The position numbers were made by a program, and so were the translations under genes. DNA of 62,837 nt, filler included, from Aduncisulcus paluster (lineage: Eukaryota): the NCBI GenBank assembly GCA_024181965.1. It is 4 parts of 4 records of this genome, joined end to end, with 100 filler letters (N's around TTAATTAATTAA, not from the genome) between each part and the next. Parts side by side here need not be neighbours in the genome. Positions count along the whole stretch, not along the records: positions 41,848 to 57,192 come from BQXS01010010.1; 3 more parts are not named here. The stretch is one strand, 5' to 3'. Shown piece by piece: positions 41,850-54,000 of the stretch (positions within the stretch are counted from its first letter, which is position 1; each line of letters opens with the position of its first letter). The notes beneath the pieces are model-generated. The model saw only the letters and a program-made list of their open reading frames with translations, was not told the origin of the DNA and did no database searches.

Positions 41850-44570
41850 GGCAGGTTTTCGGACAAAGATGTTTCAAAAATAACGAAAAAATCTGATGAT
41901 ATCGATTATCACCAGATCCAGCATTCTGAGAGAATAGAGAAGGACCATACAGTTCCACGTGATTCCACTGCCCCTCGTTCTATTGGTTCAAATTATGAAA
42001 TGGAAAAACTTAGTGAAGCTCGGAGCATTCTCCTGAAATACTCATCGAAAGAGAATGCAAAACGGTTTGATTCCATGATTCAAAGACGAAATGAACGAAA
42101 GAAGAGAGAAGAAACTCAAGGAAGAGGAAGAGAAGAGCGCAGTATAGTTTCAAGAAATTATGATCGAGTTAGTTCGACTCAATCGGTCACCACAACCCCT
42201 TCTACTATTCAAACAAGACCCATCTGGGAGTCAAGAAGTAGCGGTATCATATCTGAAGAAACAAGTGTCCATGGTCGTATTTCTGCCCCGATCAAAGGGA
42301 GGACTCAAACAACATATGAAACAATTCAACCTGGTCCAAGATCAGGATCGACGACGGTTGAGGTTGAACCAGTTCCATCCGTTTCAACTGTCGCAACGTT
42401 GAAGACCCCTGTTTCCGGTGTCAAGCGTGGAATGATTGGGAGAGAAAGGGAAAGAGATAAAAAGCGTAATACAGAAGTCAGTCATAAGAACAATAATAAT
42501 GGCGGATATCGCGCTGCTAAAAATAGAATTAATCATGAAAACAGCGATACCGCGCTGGAATCATCCGAAATAACACAACGAGTCGATATTTCAAAAGAAG
42601 AACATGGCAGAGGACCATCTCCAAGATCTGGGGCTAAACTTCCACCATCCTCTTCTTCCCATTCTATCGTTGCCTCAAGACATCAGGGGATTCGTACTCC
42701 AAGAACTGTTTCTACAGCACCTTCACGAACTCCAAATGGGAAAATTAGTGCTAATAGTAGAGTTTCTCAGAGAAAACCATGGCAACGACCCAGAAGTGCT
42801 TCCGTTGGAGGAATAAGTAAGCCGAAAGATGTCGATCATGTTCCCACTGATATACACCACCGACCGGCAATATCCAGAACTCCATCATTCTCCAGAACTC
42901 CATCAGTTTCAAGGGCTCCGTGTGTTGACAAGACAGTTCCAAAGAATGGTAATCTGTCAGAAGCAATTCCTAGTTCAAAAAGGAGTCGCCCTGCTTCAGC
43001 TGGCTCGGTAATGATGCCAAGATCAAGTTCTGTGGGTTCTTCTCGCAATTCTAGAACCAATTTGAGACAAGATCAATATCGTTCCACATGGGATAAGACA
43101 TTCTCAACTCCATCATCGGGTTTTGGAACAAGAAGAGCCGAAAGAGTGCCATCAACAGATACAAGGTCGAGATCAAGTGCAAGAAGGACTGACTTCAGAA
43201 AGACGGAAAGAAGTGTTAAGGAAAGAGATATCAAAGATGATAAGGATACATCTTCTGCTTCTACTAATATCAAGAAAGTCGATCCCCTTGAAGCTCGGAA
43301 AGCTGCCGCACGAAGAGCAAGAGAGTTTAGGAAGAAACAAGAGATGGAAGAACTCAAACGAAAACAAATTGCCGAAGAGGAAGAAGAGAAAGAAAGGGAA
43401 AAACACCATTCAAATGGTCAAGTAAGAGATGCTGTTGCTGCAGCTGAATCTCGGGCCAAAGAAGCTCTCCGAGAGAAGCATCGCCAGAGATTGGAAGCCC
43501 AACGTGCCCGCTTGGATCGAGACAGAAGAGTGAGAAAAGTCTCTTCTGAAGCTAGGATTCTTGCAATATCCATGGCTCGAAAGAAACCCAACCATCCTTC
43601 CCCTCGAGGAGATGAGTCAACACCCTCTTGTTTCCAAACTGGTGTCCGTTCATCGCGCTCCACACCATCTTTTGGTTCTACGGCCACATCAAGCCAGCAT
43701 CAAATGCACATCAGACAGCAGCACCGTCACTTGAGGCCTGAGCCGATCTATGGAGCCGATATTGCTCCTCATCTTACTCCTCATGACCAGTCTCACCCGC
43801 TTGCATCTCCATTCAACACGAGCAGTGAGTCACATTCATCCTCATCCCAATCGCCAAGCGAATCTCAACAGCGATCTATTCCGAAATTAGATGAGAAAGA
43901 GGCCGTTCAGAAGGCTAAAGATCGTCACAGAGAATATATGAAAAAATTGCGTCAGAAGCAAAAAGAAGAAGAATGGAAGGCGAATGAAAAGTGGAGGAAA
44001 AGGGATAAAATGTTGCAAGAATCTCGAAAGAAGAGGGAAGAACGTCGAAAATCACTATCTTCCGTTAAAATAGCTCCAAAACAACATTCCCTTCCTCTTG
44101 ATAGCACTGAAGAGATTAGTCTTTATCATAAACGAACGACAGGAACTCCATCAAGCACTCCTTCGAGTATTGGGAATCGTATTTCCAAGGATACCAATGT
44201 TAAGATCGGATCTCGAGATGAAACATCAATGAGAAGACCTTCTTCTGCATCCTCTTCTGCTTCGACTTCAAAAATACCTCCCTGGCGTCGCAATCAACAT
44301 TATTCGGAAGATGTTGACTCAATAAGAGCTCCAATCCGTTCAGAAAAGCATTCTTCTTCAGGTTATATTCGACCAGATAAACGTGATCGTGGGCATAAAT
44401 CACAAATGGATCATCAAAATGAATCAGAAGAAAGATTCAGAAGATTAAAAATGGCAAGAGAAATGAGATTTCCGTTAAAAAAGAAAACTCCCTCTGTTCG
44501 TGTTTCATCTGAAGATGCTGATCTACTCAAAGCTGTTGAAGATATTGCATTTGGCGATGTCCTCTTATGA
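41850..44570 (+). CDS. Hypothetical basic, low-complexity/coiled-coil protein, probably 5'-partial
   Basis: The frame is open from the contig start through ATG 42000 to the stop at 44570; Ser/Arg-rich with charged helices. Confidence 0.75.
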   Translation, partial: GRFSDKDVSKITKKSDDIDYHQIQHSERIEKDHTVPRDSTAPRSIGSNYEMEKLSEARSILLKYSSKENAKRFDSMIQRRNERKKREETQGRGREERSIVSRNYDRVSSTQSVTTTPSTIQTRPIWESRSSGIISEETSVHGRISAPIKGRTQTTYETIQPGPRSGSTTVEVEPVPSVSTVATLKTPVSGVKRGMIGRERERDKKRNTEVSHKNNNNGGYRAAKNRINHENSDTALESSEITQRVDISKEEHGRGPSPRSGAKLPPSSSSHSIVASRHQGIRTPRTVSTAPSRTPNGKISANSRVSQRKPWQRPRSASVGGISKPKDVDHVPTDIHHRPAISRTPSFSRTPSVSRAPCVDKTVPKNGNLSEAIPSSKRSRPASAGSVMMPRSSSVGSSRNSRTNLRQDQYRSTWDKTFSTPSSGFGTRRAERVPSTDTRSRSSARRTDFRKTERSVKERDIKDDKDTSSASTNIKKVDPLEARKAAARRAREFRKKQEMEELKRKQIAEEEEEKEREKHHSNGQVRDAVAAAESRAKEALREKHRQRLEAQRARLDRDRRVRKVSSEARILAISMARKKPNHPSPRGDESTPSCFQTGVRSSRSTPSFGSTATSSQHQMHIRQQHRHLRPEPIYGADIAPHLTPHDQSHPLASPFNTSSESHSSSSQSPSESQQRSIPKLDEKEAVQKAKDRHREYMKKLRQKQKEEEWKANEKWRKRDKMLQESRKKREERRKSLSSVKIAPKQHSLPLDSTEEISLYHKRTTGTPSSTPSSIGNRISKDTNVKIGSRDETSMRRPSSASSSASTSKIPPWRRNQHYSEDVDSIRAPIRSEKHSSSGYIRPDKRDRGHKSQMDHQNESEERFRRLKMAREMRFPLKKKTPSVRVSSEDADLLKAVEDIAFGDVLL

Positions 44571-44923
44571 ATATTCTTATCAGTACAAAGATCATCAGTA
44601 TAATTAATCATGAAATCGTATAATTTTAACACTTTAAACCTGAATCTTAATTATCTCTGCTCCTATAGGAGTCCTATATATATATCGAAGAATAATTCCA
44701 GTTATTACCCACCAAATAATGGGAAATAATAAACTAATCGATGTCGATTTTTTACCAACTTTTGTCAAAAGTGAAATTCACTGAAAAAGTGTAGTGGTCA
44801 TCATCTCTGGGTTCTTCCGAATATATTCCAGTGGAATAGGCCTTTTATGGTATAATGTACGACCACATAGTGGTTCTCACCCTTCAAAAGCTACCTTGTG
44901 ACTTTGGGATCGATCATAAAATT

Positions 44924-44996
44924 TGGAGATGTTGGGACTCGAACCCAAGGCCTCTTCCATGCTAAGGAAGCGCTCTACCAGCTGAGCTACACCCCC
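44924..44996 (-). tRNA. tRNA-Ala (AGC)
   Basis: GGGGGTGTAGCTCAGCTGGTAGAGCG-CTTCC-TTAGCAT-GGAAG-AGGCC-TTGGG-TTCGAGT-CCCAA-CATCTCC-A forms a 73-nt cloverleaf with the G3:U70 Ala identity pair and a TTTT terminator downstream. Confidence 0.97.
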
Positions 44997-45526
44997 GACA
45001 TGTTGTCGAAATTATGACTTTTATGAAATAGATCATTTTCCAAAAAATCAAGAAAACCAACAATTGCCTTTGCAAAGAACCATGACATTGATTCAAAATT
45101 ATATTTACTATTATGAATTTCTCATTAATGTTGAATTAAAAAAAAAGGCAAAAAGTACTAAGAATTAATGTAAAAGAGATTCATTACGTTAAAAGAAATC
45201 GAGTTTAAGAGCAAATTGTTATATATATTTATCCCCTATTTTTTCTACTTTTCTGTATAATGACGGTATTCAATATTTGTTATTATCTCTCTTCGATTTC
45301 CGGTTGTTGCATCTAAGCCTGGGTAAGAAATTCCGATCCATAGAATTCATTATTGGAAAATAGCTTCATGGTACAAAAATAATATATCAATCTCATAATC
45401 TATTCATTTAATCTATCACCCACCACATGTATATGCAATGGTAGAGTGAAGAATTTTAAGTCTCATAGGTTTGTTATTTTTCATCTTACAAACGTTGAAA
45501 ACACCAACAGTCCCCCAAAACAATTA

Positions 45527-48500
45527 TTACTTAGTTTTACGATCGTAAGAAAACAATGATTTGGCTCTTCGATGTGAATCGGCAGCAAGATATGTCGGCG
45601 ACAACCGAAGGGATCGTCTCTGGTCAAAACGATCAGTCGATATTGGCGATTTTAATGAGGTATCTCCAGCCCTTCCAAAAGATACTTTCCGACTTGTTAA
45701 GGGCGAGACAGGGACGGATAAGGAATAGATATCAGAAGGAACATGAGCGAGGGAATATCTCTCTCTCATCTTTCTTAAAGACTCTTCTCTTGCCTTCTCT
45801 TCTTTTAATTTTTTCTTATCTTCCCTGGCTTTACGTTTTGAATCCTTCTTTTCCTCCTTTGCACGTTTTCTTTCTAATTTCTTCTTCTCTCTGCCAGAAA
45901 GGGTGACACTAACTTCAACATCAATATCAGATGGATCACATCTTGAGGTGACCATTTCTTCCTCCTTTTTCCTCTTAATTTCTTCAGCAGCCTTTTCCTC
46001 TTTTTCTCTCTCTTCTCTCGCTTTCTGATCCAATTTCCCTTGTTTTAACTTTTCCTCCATCTCTTTTTCATATCTCTTCTTCTCTTTCTCCCGCTTCTCT
46101 TCCATGTTTCGTTCATGTTCCTCTCTTGTTGTGGAATACATGAATCGACTTTGGATCACCATATTGGCTTGTGAAGCTGCGCGGTTCTGTCGTATTGACC
46201 TCTCTTTCAACCGTTTCATCCTCCTTTTCCGCCGTTTGACATCTTCATCACATCTTGAGGTGACCATTTCTTCCTCCTTTTTCCTCTTAATTTCTTCAGC
46301 AGCCTTTTCCTCTTTTTCTCTCTCTTCTCTCGCTTTCTGATCCAATTTCCCTTGTTTTAACTTTTCCTCCATCTCTTTTTCATATCTCTTCTTCTCTTTC
46401 TCCCGCTTCTCTTCCATGTTTCGTTCATGTTCCTCTCTTGTTGTGGAATACATGAATCGACTTTGGATCACCATATTGGCTTGTGAAGCTGCGCGGTTCT
46501 GTCGTCTTCAACATCAATATCAGATGGATCACATCTTGAGGTGACCATTTCTTCCTCCTTTTTCCTCTTAATTTCTTCAGCAGCCTTTTCCTCTTTTCCT
46601 CTTCTTCTCTTTCTCCCGCTTCTCTTCCATGTTTCGTTCATGTTCCTCTCTTGTTGTGGAATACATGAATCGACTTTGGATCACCATATTGGCTTGTGAA
46701 GCTGCGCGGTTCTGTCGTATTGACCTCTCTTTCAACCGTTTCATCCTCCTTTTCCGCCGTTTGACATCTTCAGAGAACTCCCTAGCACAGGTAGCCATCA
46801 CACTCACAGCCATTCCTCTTTGTCTCACATCTCCAACACTTACAAGTTGTCTGTGACCCCCTTTACAGGCACGAATCACCATCTGCTCCTCACGAGAAGT
46901 GTTATCCTTGGCTTCACTGAGAAGTTCTTGTTCGCTTCCATCCCACACGGCCACGCCCATACGAACCAGTATCTTCTCGACAAAACCGACAAGTTCAAGG
47001 ATGACAAATACAATGCACATAAGAGGAGCGTATGTTGTGAAACCAAGACCAACTACGGGAGCATCGTTCGTGATCGAAATTGTTCGTTGCAAACCAGTGC
47101 CGATATCACTGAGGTTGCAAGCATTCAATGAGTTCCAGCACTGTGCAGGAGAAACACGACATATAATATAAGCGTGCACCAATAGACTGTAATACTGAGA
47201 AGCATGGGGCGAATGTGCACCTCGAGGAGAGAAAGTCAAACCTTTGACCCCCATCATGAAGTAAACATGACATATTAGGTTATATACAAGAACAACGAAA
47301 CCTTTATATACAGGCCAGTCAGAAAGAGATAAAATGGAGTGAATAATTGAATATTCCCGGGATTTAGGAGAAAATATAATAATTTGATGATACACCAAGA
47401 ATATAGAAAGAACAGAGAACAAAATTCCAACAATTATCCAAATTACACTTATTTGACCCTCATCATTCTCGTCTCCCTCATTAAGTTCTGTTGCCAGAGA
47501 ATTTCCCCTGAACACACCCCGCACGAGATTCTTCAAAGCTCCTCGAGATGTTGCAGAATTCTTCCTTGATCGACCAGAGCCCTGATTGGGAGCAACATCT
47601 TGGAGCATCATCTCAACAGAACGGAGCTTTGGGCCATCGTCCTGAGGAGTGTCATCCCCAGATGAAGTTGACCCGACTTCTTCCTCATATTCCTCCTCCT
47701 CTTCCTCTTCCTCTGGGGATTGTCTCCCATGCCAAAATACTTTTTCTTTTCGCTCTTCTTTCACACATTCGACAAATCGGGCAACCCAAGGAGTGAGTTT
47801 GAGCATTTGCTGTCTGGCCTTTGTGGCAAACCAAATGGCATCCTTTACATGTTTTTCCGCAATCGCTTTCTCCTCACGGCTCAGGATAGCAGTGGTGCTC
47901 GGAAGGATTGTTGTGGACATGTTTCTTGATGATAAATTCTCCGAGGAACGCCACTGAGGCAATTGCATAGATACCATGCGAGTCGCATGATCGGCAGAAC
48001 TCGACCTTGAATGACCACGAGAAGAACTCTGGACACTCAAAAGAGAGTGAGATCTCCGATGGCCATGTCCCATCCATGATTCACGATCTTGGGAGGTCAT
48101 GCGTTTGAGATTGGATTGAAGCATTGGACTTCCGACCATTCGAAGGGAGCCTCGATACTTCGAGAACTCCCTAGCACAGGTAGCCATNNNNNNNNNNNNN
48201 NNNNNNNGCAATTGCATAGATACCATGCGAGTCGCATGATCGGCAGAACTCGACCTTGAATGACCACGAGAAGAACTCTGGACACTCAAAAGAGAGTGAG
48301 ATCTCCGATGGCCATGTCCCATCCATGATTCACGATCTTGGGAGGTCATGCGTTTGAGATTGGATTGAAGCATTGGACTTCCGACCATTCGAAGGGAGCC
48401 TCGATACTTCACACATGTGCGATTACCAGGTTGTTGCATACTCATACTGTCCCTCGAAGTGGCAGCGGATAAACCAATGAGAGGAGGAGACATGGGTGGC

Positions 48501-50674
48501 TTCAAGGAAGGGTTAAAACTATGGGAACGCTGATGGGACTTTCCAACAGCATTTCCAAAGGGATTCGGGGACCGAGAAAATATGGCACTGCGACGGTTGT
48601 CGGGTGTCATTGAAGTGTGGGAAAACATGCCTTGGTCAGGTGCAATGGCCCACGAAAGATCAAGATCGAGAGATGGAGGTGAATCCTTCACATCCTCTTT
48701 AAGTGGGGCAGCATCCCCAGAAATAGAATGGGATTGAGAAACTTTTCTGTCAGACTCCACCTCTTTACGTGTTTCTTCAGTTGTGGAGTCATGATCAGGT
48801 TCAATTTGAGAAACAAGAGGAGGAGTCAATTCTCTTTCCTCTTCTCCATTCTCCATAACATCAATAGATGTGACACCAACTTCACTTGATGAAGCAACCT
48901 TTTCAGATTCATCCAGGTGCGAATCAGCAATTTCTACAGATTTTTCACTGTCCTTCTCATCATCATTTGCGACTGACATCTTCTCATGATCATCAGATCC
49001 AGAAATAGATTTCTTCTCAGATATATTTTGAGATACAACCACATCACCAGGGGTCAATGGAATAATCTGATGATCTCCCTGATCCTTCTCATCTTTTTCA
49101 TCCAACTCAATCATAGAATTTATCTCCTCTTGGTGTTTAATTTCTTCCTGTCGTTTTAACTGCGAAAACTGAGAGAATGAGTGAGAACGAGAGTGACATG
49201 ATGAATGTCGGCTGTGGGACTGTCCTCGCGTGTGAGCACGACCTACACTATCCCTACTGTCAAAATGAAGTGATACGGCACTTGGACTGGCAGCAAATGC
49301 ATAATCAATTGGTTCAATCTCAAAGTCTTGGAAAATATTATCAAATTCTCCATCATATTTCCTCTCTTTTTCTTCATCATAACCAGAGTTTCCTTCATGA
49401 GTATCTCCTTCGATCTGATTCGTTAACCACGTCGAGATTCGCTCAAACAATCCAACATCATCGCTAATTTCATCATCATTTATGATAACATCTGCTTCCT
49501 CATCTGGAACAGGCAAACCTTCCTTGATTCTCTTTGCACGGAGCTTCGATGCTTTCTTCTCGGCCTTTTTACGCAATTTCTCTCGCTTAGCCTCCCGTTT
49601 TTCTCTCTTTTTCAACTCTTCCCCGGTTGGAACCGACAACATTGAATGCAAGTCACCGGTTGCCAAGATCTCCTTGACATCCATGGGATCTTCCATTTCC
49701 TCTTTTTTTTCTCGTTTGGAACCAATTAACACGAATTGGGGAAGAATATCTAGAGATAACAATGGAGGTGCAACCCTGAGGAGATCCACATCAAATTTTC
49801 CACACCCTTCAACCTTGAATCGATCAGATCCTTTTCCACTGTATATTGTAGGAAGGATATTGTCAATGATATGTGATATAAGAGGGTGGTTTCGATATAT
49901 AATTCCAGCTTTATCGATGGATTGCACACATTTATCACGGAATTGGAGCATGGTCTTTCGAATCCCCACAATCTTTTTTAATGAGGTTCGGGATCTATAT
50001 ATTCTGTTTTTAGTACGGCAAGCCTTATTAAATCTTCTAAATATCAATCTCGGAATAACAACAACTCCTCGAGAAAAGAAGAGAATGAAAAAGAATGTGT
50101 ACCAAATATTCATAAAGGATAAAACAGCACTGATGACAGCCATGAATGTAAAGGAGGTGACGGAAATGAAAACGATACCGACAGCAATAAAAGGAATGAG
50201 AACAAGAGCATAAAAACGGACGTTGCAATAAACAGTGTACCAAAATTTTGGCCAAAATCGAGGATCTGCGCTCTCATGATAACGATCAAAAGCCATTTTT
50301 ACCCAAGGAAGAGGGAGAGAAATGATGTAAATGGCGGTCCACACCAATACCATTTGTTGAGTCTGTTGTTCACCAGAATCGAAGGCTTGAACAACATCAA
50401 GGATAAATGATCCATTTGCGATTGCCGACAAAAATAGAAGCAAAAAGACATAGGCGAAATAAGGCCAGCTTGCAACATGCCGGATTGCTACGTATTTTAG
50501 AAGGATATAAATGTATAATATGAAATAAATAACAAAGGTAATAACAAAAAATGTTATATCATCGACAAGAAAAGCACCAGAACTCATCGGAGAAATCGAA
50601 ACTTGCCCATTTCCGGATACGTCCTCTGTTATTCCAAAAAAAAGATATTTGAAAAGACTATATACCGATAACAT
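45527..50674 (-). CDS. LMBR1-like (LMBRD2-type) multi-pass membrane protein with a very large central loop; 3' part misassembled
   Basis: Five N-terminal TMs (…YHESAD.RFW.K…N.RFY…; GVVVIPR.IFR) and four C-terminal TMs (…SLLVHAYIICRVSPAQCWN…GFTTYAPLM…) fit the LMBR1 topology. The true C-terminus is likely the 45527-46474 ORF. Confidence 0.72.
45914..46770. repeat. Three scrambled near-identical copies of the LMBR1-like 3' coding segment; likely misassembly
   Basis: The MVIQSRFMYSTTREEHERNMEEK-encoding block occurs three times, with junctions inside shared short sequences. Confidence 0.8.
47958..48410. other. Scaffold gap (48188-48207) with duplicated flank and a chimeric piece
   Basis: The flank is duplicated, and the left copy ends in gagaactccctagcacaggtagccat taken from ~46773-46798. 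Confidence 0.82.
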
Positions 50675-51025
50675 TAATTATTGGCATATACAATCAATGA
50701 AACAAAATTAATTCACGAGAAAACGAGAAAATCCGGTTTGACCCACACCGGAACACAAAACAAGTATTTTTCGCAATATTTAGGATGAAAAAAGAAGAAC
50801 TAGAAAAGACCGAAACATAATAATTTAAAATAAAAAGTAGGAAACACGGTATATCACATCCTCTTCTATAGTCCGATTACCTGCATATATCAAAACATCT
50901 TATCCATGTATTCAATATGCCATTAATAATTATATATGATTTTTACTCAATATTTTCATTTTCTAATGAATTCTGGAAAGATATTCAAAAACTTTTGTTT
51001 TTGTGTGAAATTCAGTCCCATAAAA

Positions 51026-54000
51026 ATGCGACGAACAGGTAATTCTCAAAAACGGGCAACATATCGTCATTTTCAATTCAAAGAACAACCTACTATACCC
51101 GTTGATACATCTCCAGCCATAAATGCCAAAGTATTGCAGCGAGCACGCCAATTAGCATCTGCTGTGGTTCATTCTCCAGTAGTTCAGATTAAAACTGGAA
51201 TTGGTGTGAGAAAAGGAATTGCTAGACGACCTCAATCTGGTGGTTATCGTAGAGAGTCCCATGAAACTTCTCTATTGTCTCCAGGGAGCTATCATAGATC
51301 TTCTTCAGCATTATCTCATCACTCATCAATGGGAAGGAGTTTATTGTCATATGAATCAAGAATATCATCAGCCTATCCTTCTGAATCTCGGAGGTATTCT
51401 GATGATTTTCGCGATTCTTATGTTGGTGGGTGTGGAATTGATTCTGGTTCTACAAATCAAACTAAATCGCCTCAATCATATTCATTTGATCCAACCCAAG
51501 GATTGGTTTCCTCCACTCGAACTAAATTCCCCCCTCAACATATTCATGTAGTTCCTCGTGAATCCCCAGCAAGTACCTCAACTTATGACAAAATTGATAT
51601 GATGAGTGCCGAACAACGTCCTAAACCTCCTCTTCCAGCTTCTGTTGCAACCGCATTCGCCATAGACTCCCCCCAAGTTCCAGAATCATTCTCAACTTCT
51701 TTCGCAGAGTATGAAAAATATGAAAGGAGTGGAGAACAATCAAATCACACAATATCAAATCTTGGATCTTCATCGATTTCCCCCAATGATCATGATGAGA
51801 ATCCGGCTTCCACACCCACAACCTCAACATATCGTAAGTCTCGGTTTGCACAAGTTCCATCGCTTGACAACCTTTCCCCCGACCCGATTTCTTCGCATAT
51901 TTCGGCTTATCATTCTTCCATGGGTCGTCGTCCCCAAACAACCCTTTCAACTCTGAGACCTAGAAGCCACAATTCATCTCTTGTAAGAACAATCCCAAGG
52001 TCCACTGATGGCGCTGGACAACCAACAGCAGTATCGAATGAAATTCCAATGCTTTCTAGACTTCCATCGCTCTTACAATCATATTTAGAACCATCCCAAT
52101 CCGAATTCACACCCATCCCTACCCGTTTCTTTAAAATACATCGTGCAATTTCTTATCCACAACAAGCAAATAACAACAAAATTAAGTTTGTCAATGGTAA
52201 ATGGGAGATTATTCGCTTTCCTTCTCTTAACCCTCCAATCCTTGGTGAAAAAGAATGGCTCTCCTCTCTTGTTTCCTCTGAGAGTGCCGATCTCAAACGA
52301 TTTAATTCATCTCACGTTCCATTTATGCTGTCTCGTTCCGTGGATTATGTTTGTGGCATTGTGAACAGCACCATTGGCGCCAGTGTCAAACATGTAATTG
52401 ATGAGGAGGTCAACAGACTTCACCAAGTCAAGGAAAGAAAACTGCGAAAATACATGAAGAGAAAGGCTGAAAATGAGGAAGACGAGATGCTCAGACGCAC
52501 CCACACAAGCATGTTGGCCACAATGCTCACATCTGATGTGGAAAGAGATGGGCTTCGTTCACTGGGTGTTGATGTGGAGAGTGTGAGGAAAAAAGAAGCC
52601 ATAGAAAAACGGAGGAAGGAAAGAAGAGAGAAGAATAGAAATTTTGCCAAGACTTTGCTCCATTCGAGTTCTTCATCTTCCTTGCTGGATGATGATGAAT
52701 CTGAGACGACGGATCTTGATGCACTTGATGACGATATAGATTATGAAGAATTGTTAAAAGAAAAGCTGAATTCAAAACGTAAAAGTAGAGAAGAGTTGTA
52801 TAATTCCGTTATTGATGCGGTTCTCCCACGTTTACAAAATGTATTGGAGACTCCTGGAGTATTGCAAACAACGGATACCCATATTCACAATGCCCTCTGT
52901 TTTCTCAAGGAAATTGCTCGTAAATGCAATGAAAAACAGCTCATCTCGATACATCAGGATGAAACTGAGATTGAGGAGCATGAGGAGGAATCTTACAATC
53001 ATTCTGAAGCTGTATTCCAGCACTCGTCATCGTTTCAACCAGCAATAAGCCGAGAACATATCTCATCTCGAAGTCTTAATTCAAATTCTGACAAATCTTC
53101 TGAACATGAAGAAGAAGAAGAGGAAGATGATGAAGAGCATTCGCATGAAGAAGAAGCGGAAGAGGAGGAAGGTGAAGTTAGAGATGATATGAGCGTTGAC
53201 AGTGAGATTGCTGCTAAAATTATAGGAAGTCCGCTTAAAACTGGCGATATTCCCTTATCTTCCTCTGATTCCTACCTTAAAGCTACCTCATCAATGGGAC
53301 ATTCATATGACAATGCCACAGTTACTGCCTCTTCTTCTATCAATATATCTGAGGAATCGGCTAAATATAGCGATATTCCATTCAAGATTGATAATTCAGC
53401 AAACCCTTTGAAATTATTAGTCAGCGATGATACATTGGAGACAGTTTTAAATTCCTTGCATAACTACATTGCTGATGCAATTCAAAAGAGGGACGAGTTC
53501 TATAATTCTGTCGTATACATGCTTTTGAGGTTGCTTATAAGCTCCCATATTGAGTCTTCTCAGGGGAAGAGCTTAGGAGTTACTGCCAATACTGTCGCAT
53601 CATTGGAGGTGCCATCTGAAATCTCCTCAGAGCAATCCAAACATCCTGTCCCAATTCTCCCATCTCTTGTGTCGGATCTCCCAAGTTCAACGGCCCAATC
53701 TTTATCCTATAAATTAAAGAATGGCCCGATTACAAGTTCTCAGCCATCTGTGGCCGAAAGAGGCAAAGTTACGAGTCTGTTGTCATTGGTACCACCGTCC
53801 AATACCCTTGATAAGAAGTCCATGCAAGAACTCCACGATAAGACGAGGAAAGAGTGGGAAAAGGAAAGATCGCATTTGCTTTCTCGTATTTCCAGGCTTG
53901 AAGGTCAGCTTGTGAGGTTACGAGGTGAGTTAAAGGAAGAAAAAGACAAAGTTCTCGAATTCGAAGAAAAAGAAAGAGAATGGGAGGAGATAAAGATGGG

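Noticed and set aside
44840..44850. U5 snRNA loop I (GCCTTTTAT)
   Set aside because: It deviates from GCCUUUUAC and lacks a convincing closing stem.
45914..46770. Exon-shuffling or alternative C-termini for the LMBR1-like gene
   Set aside because: The copies are near-identical and joined at shared short k-mers with no splice signals; misassembly is simpler.
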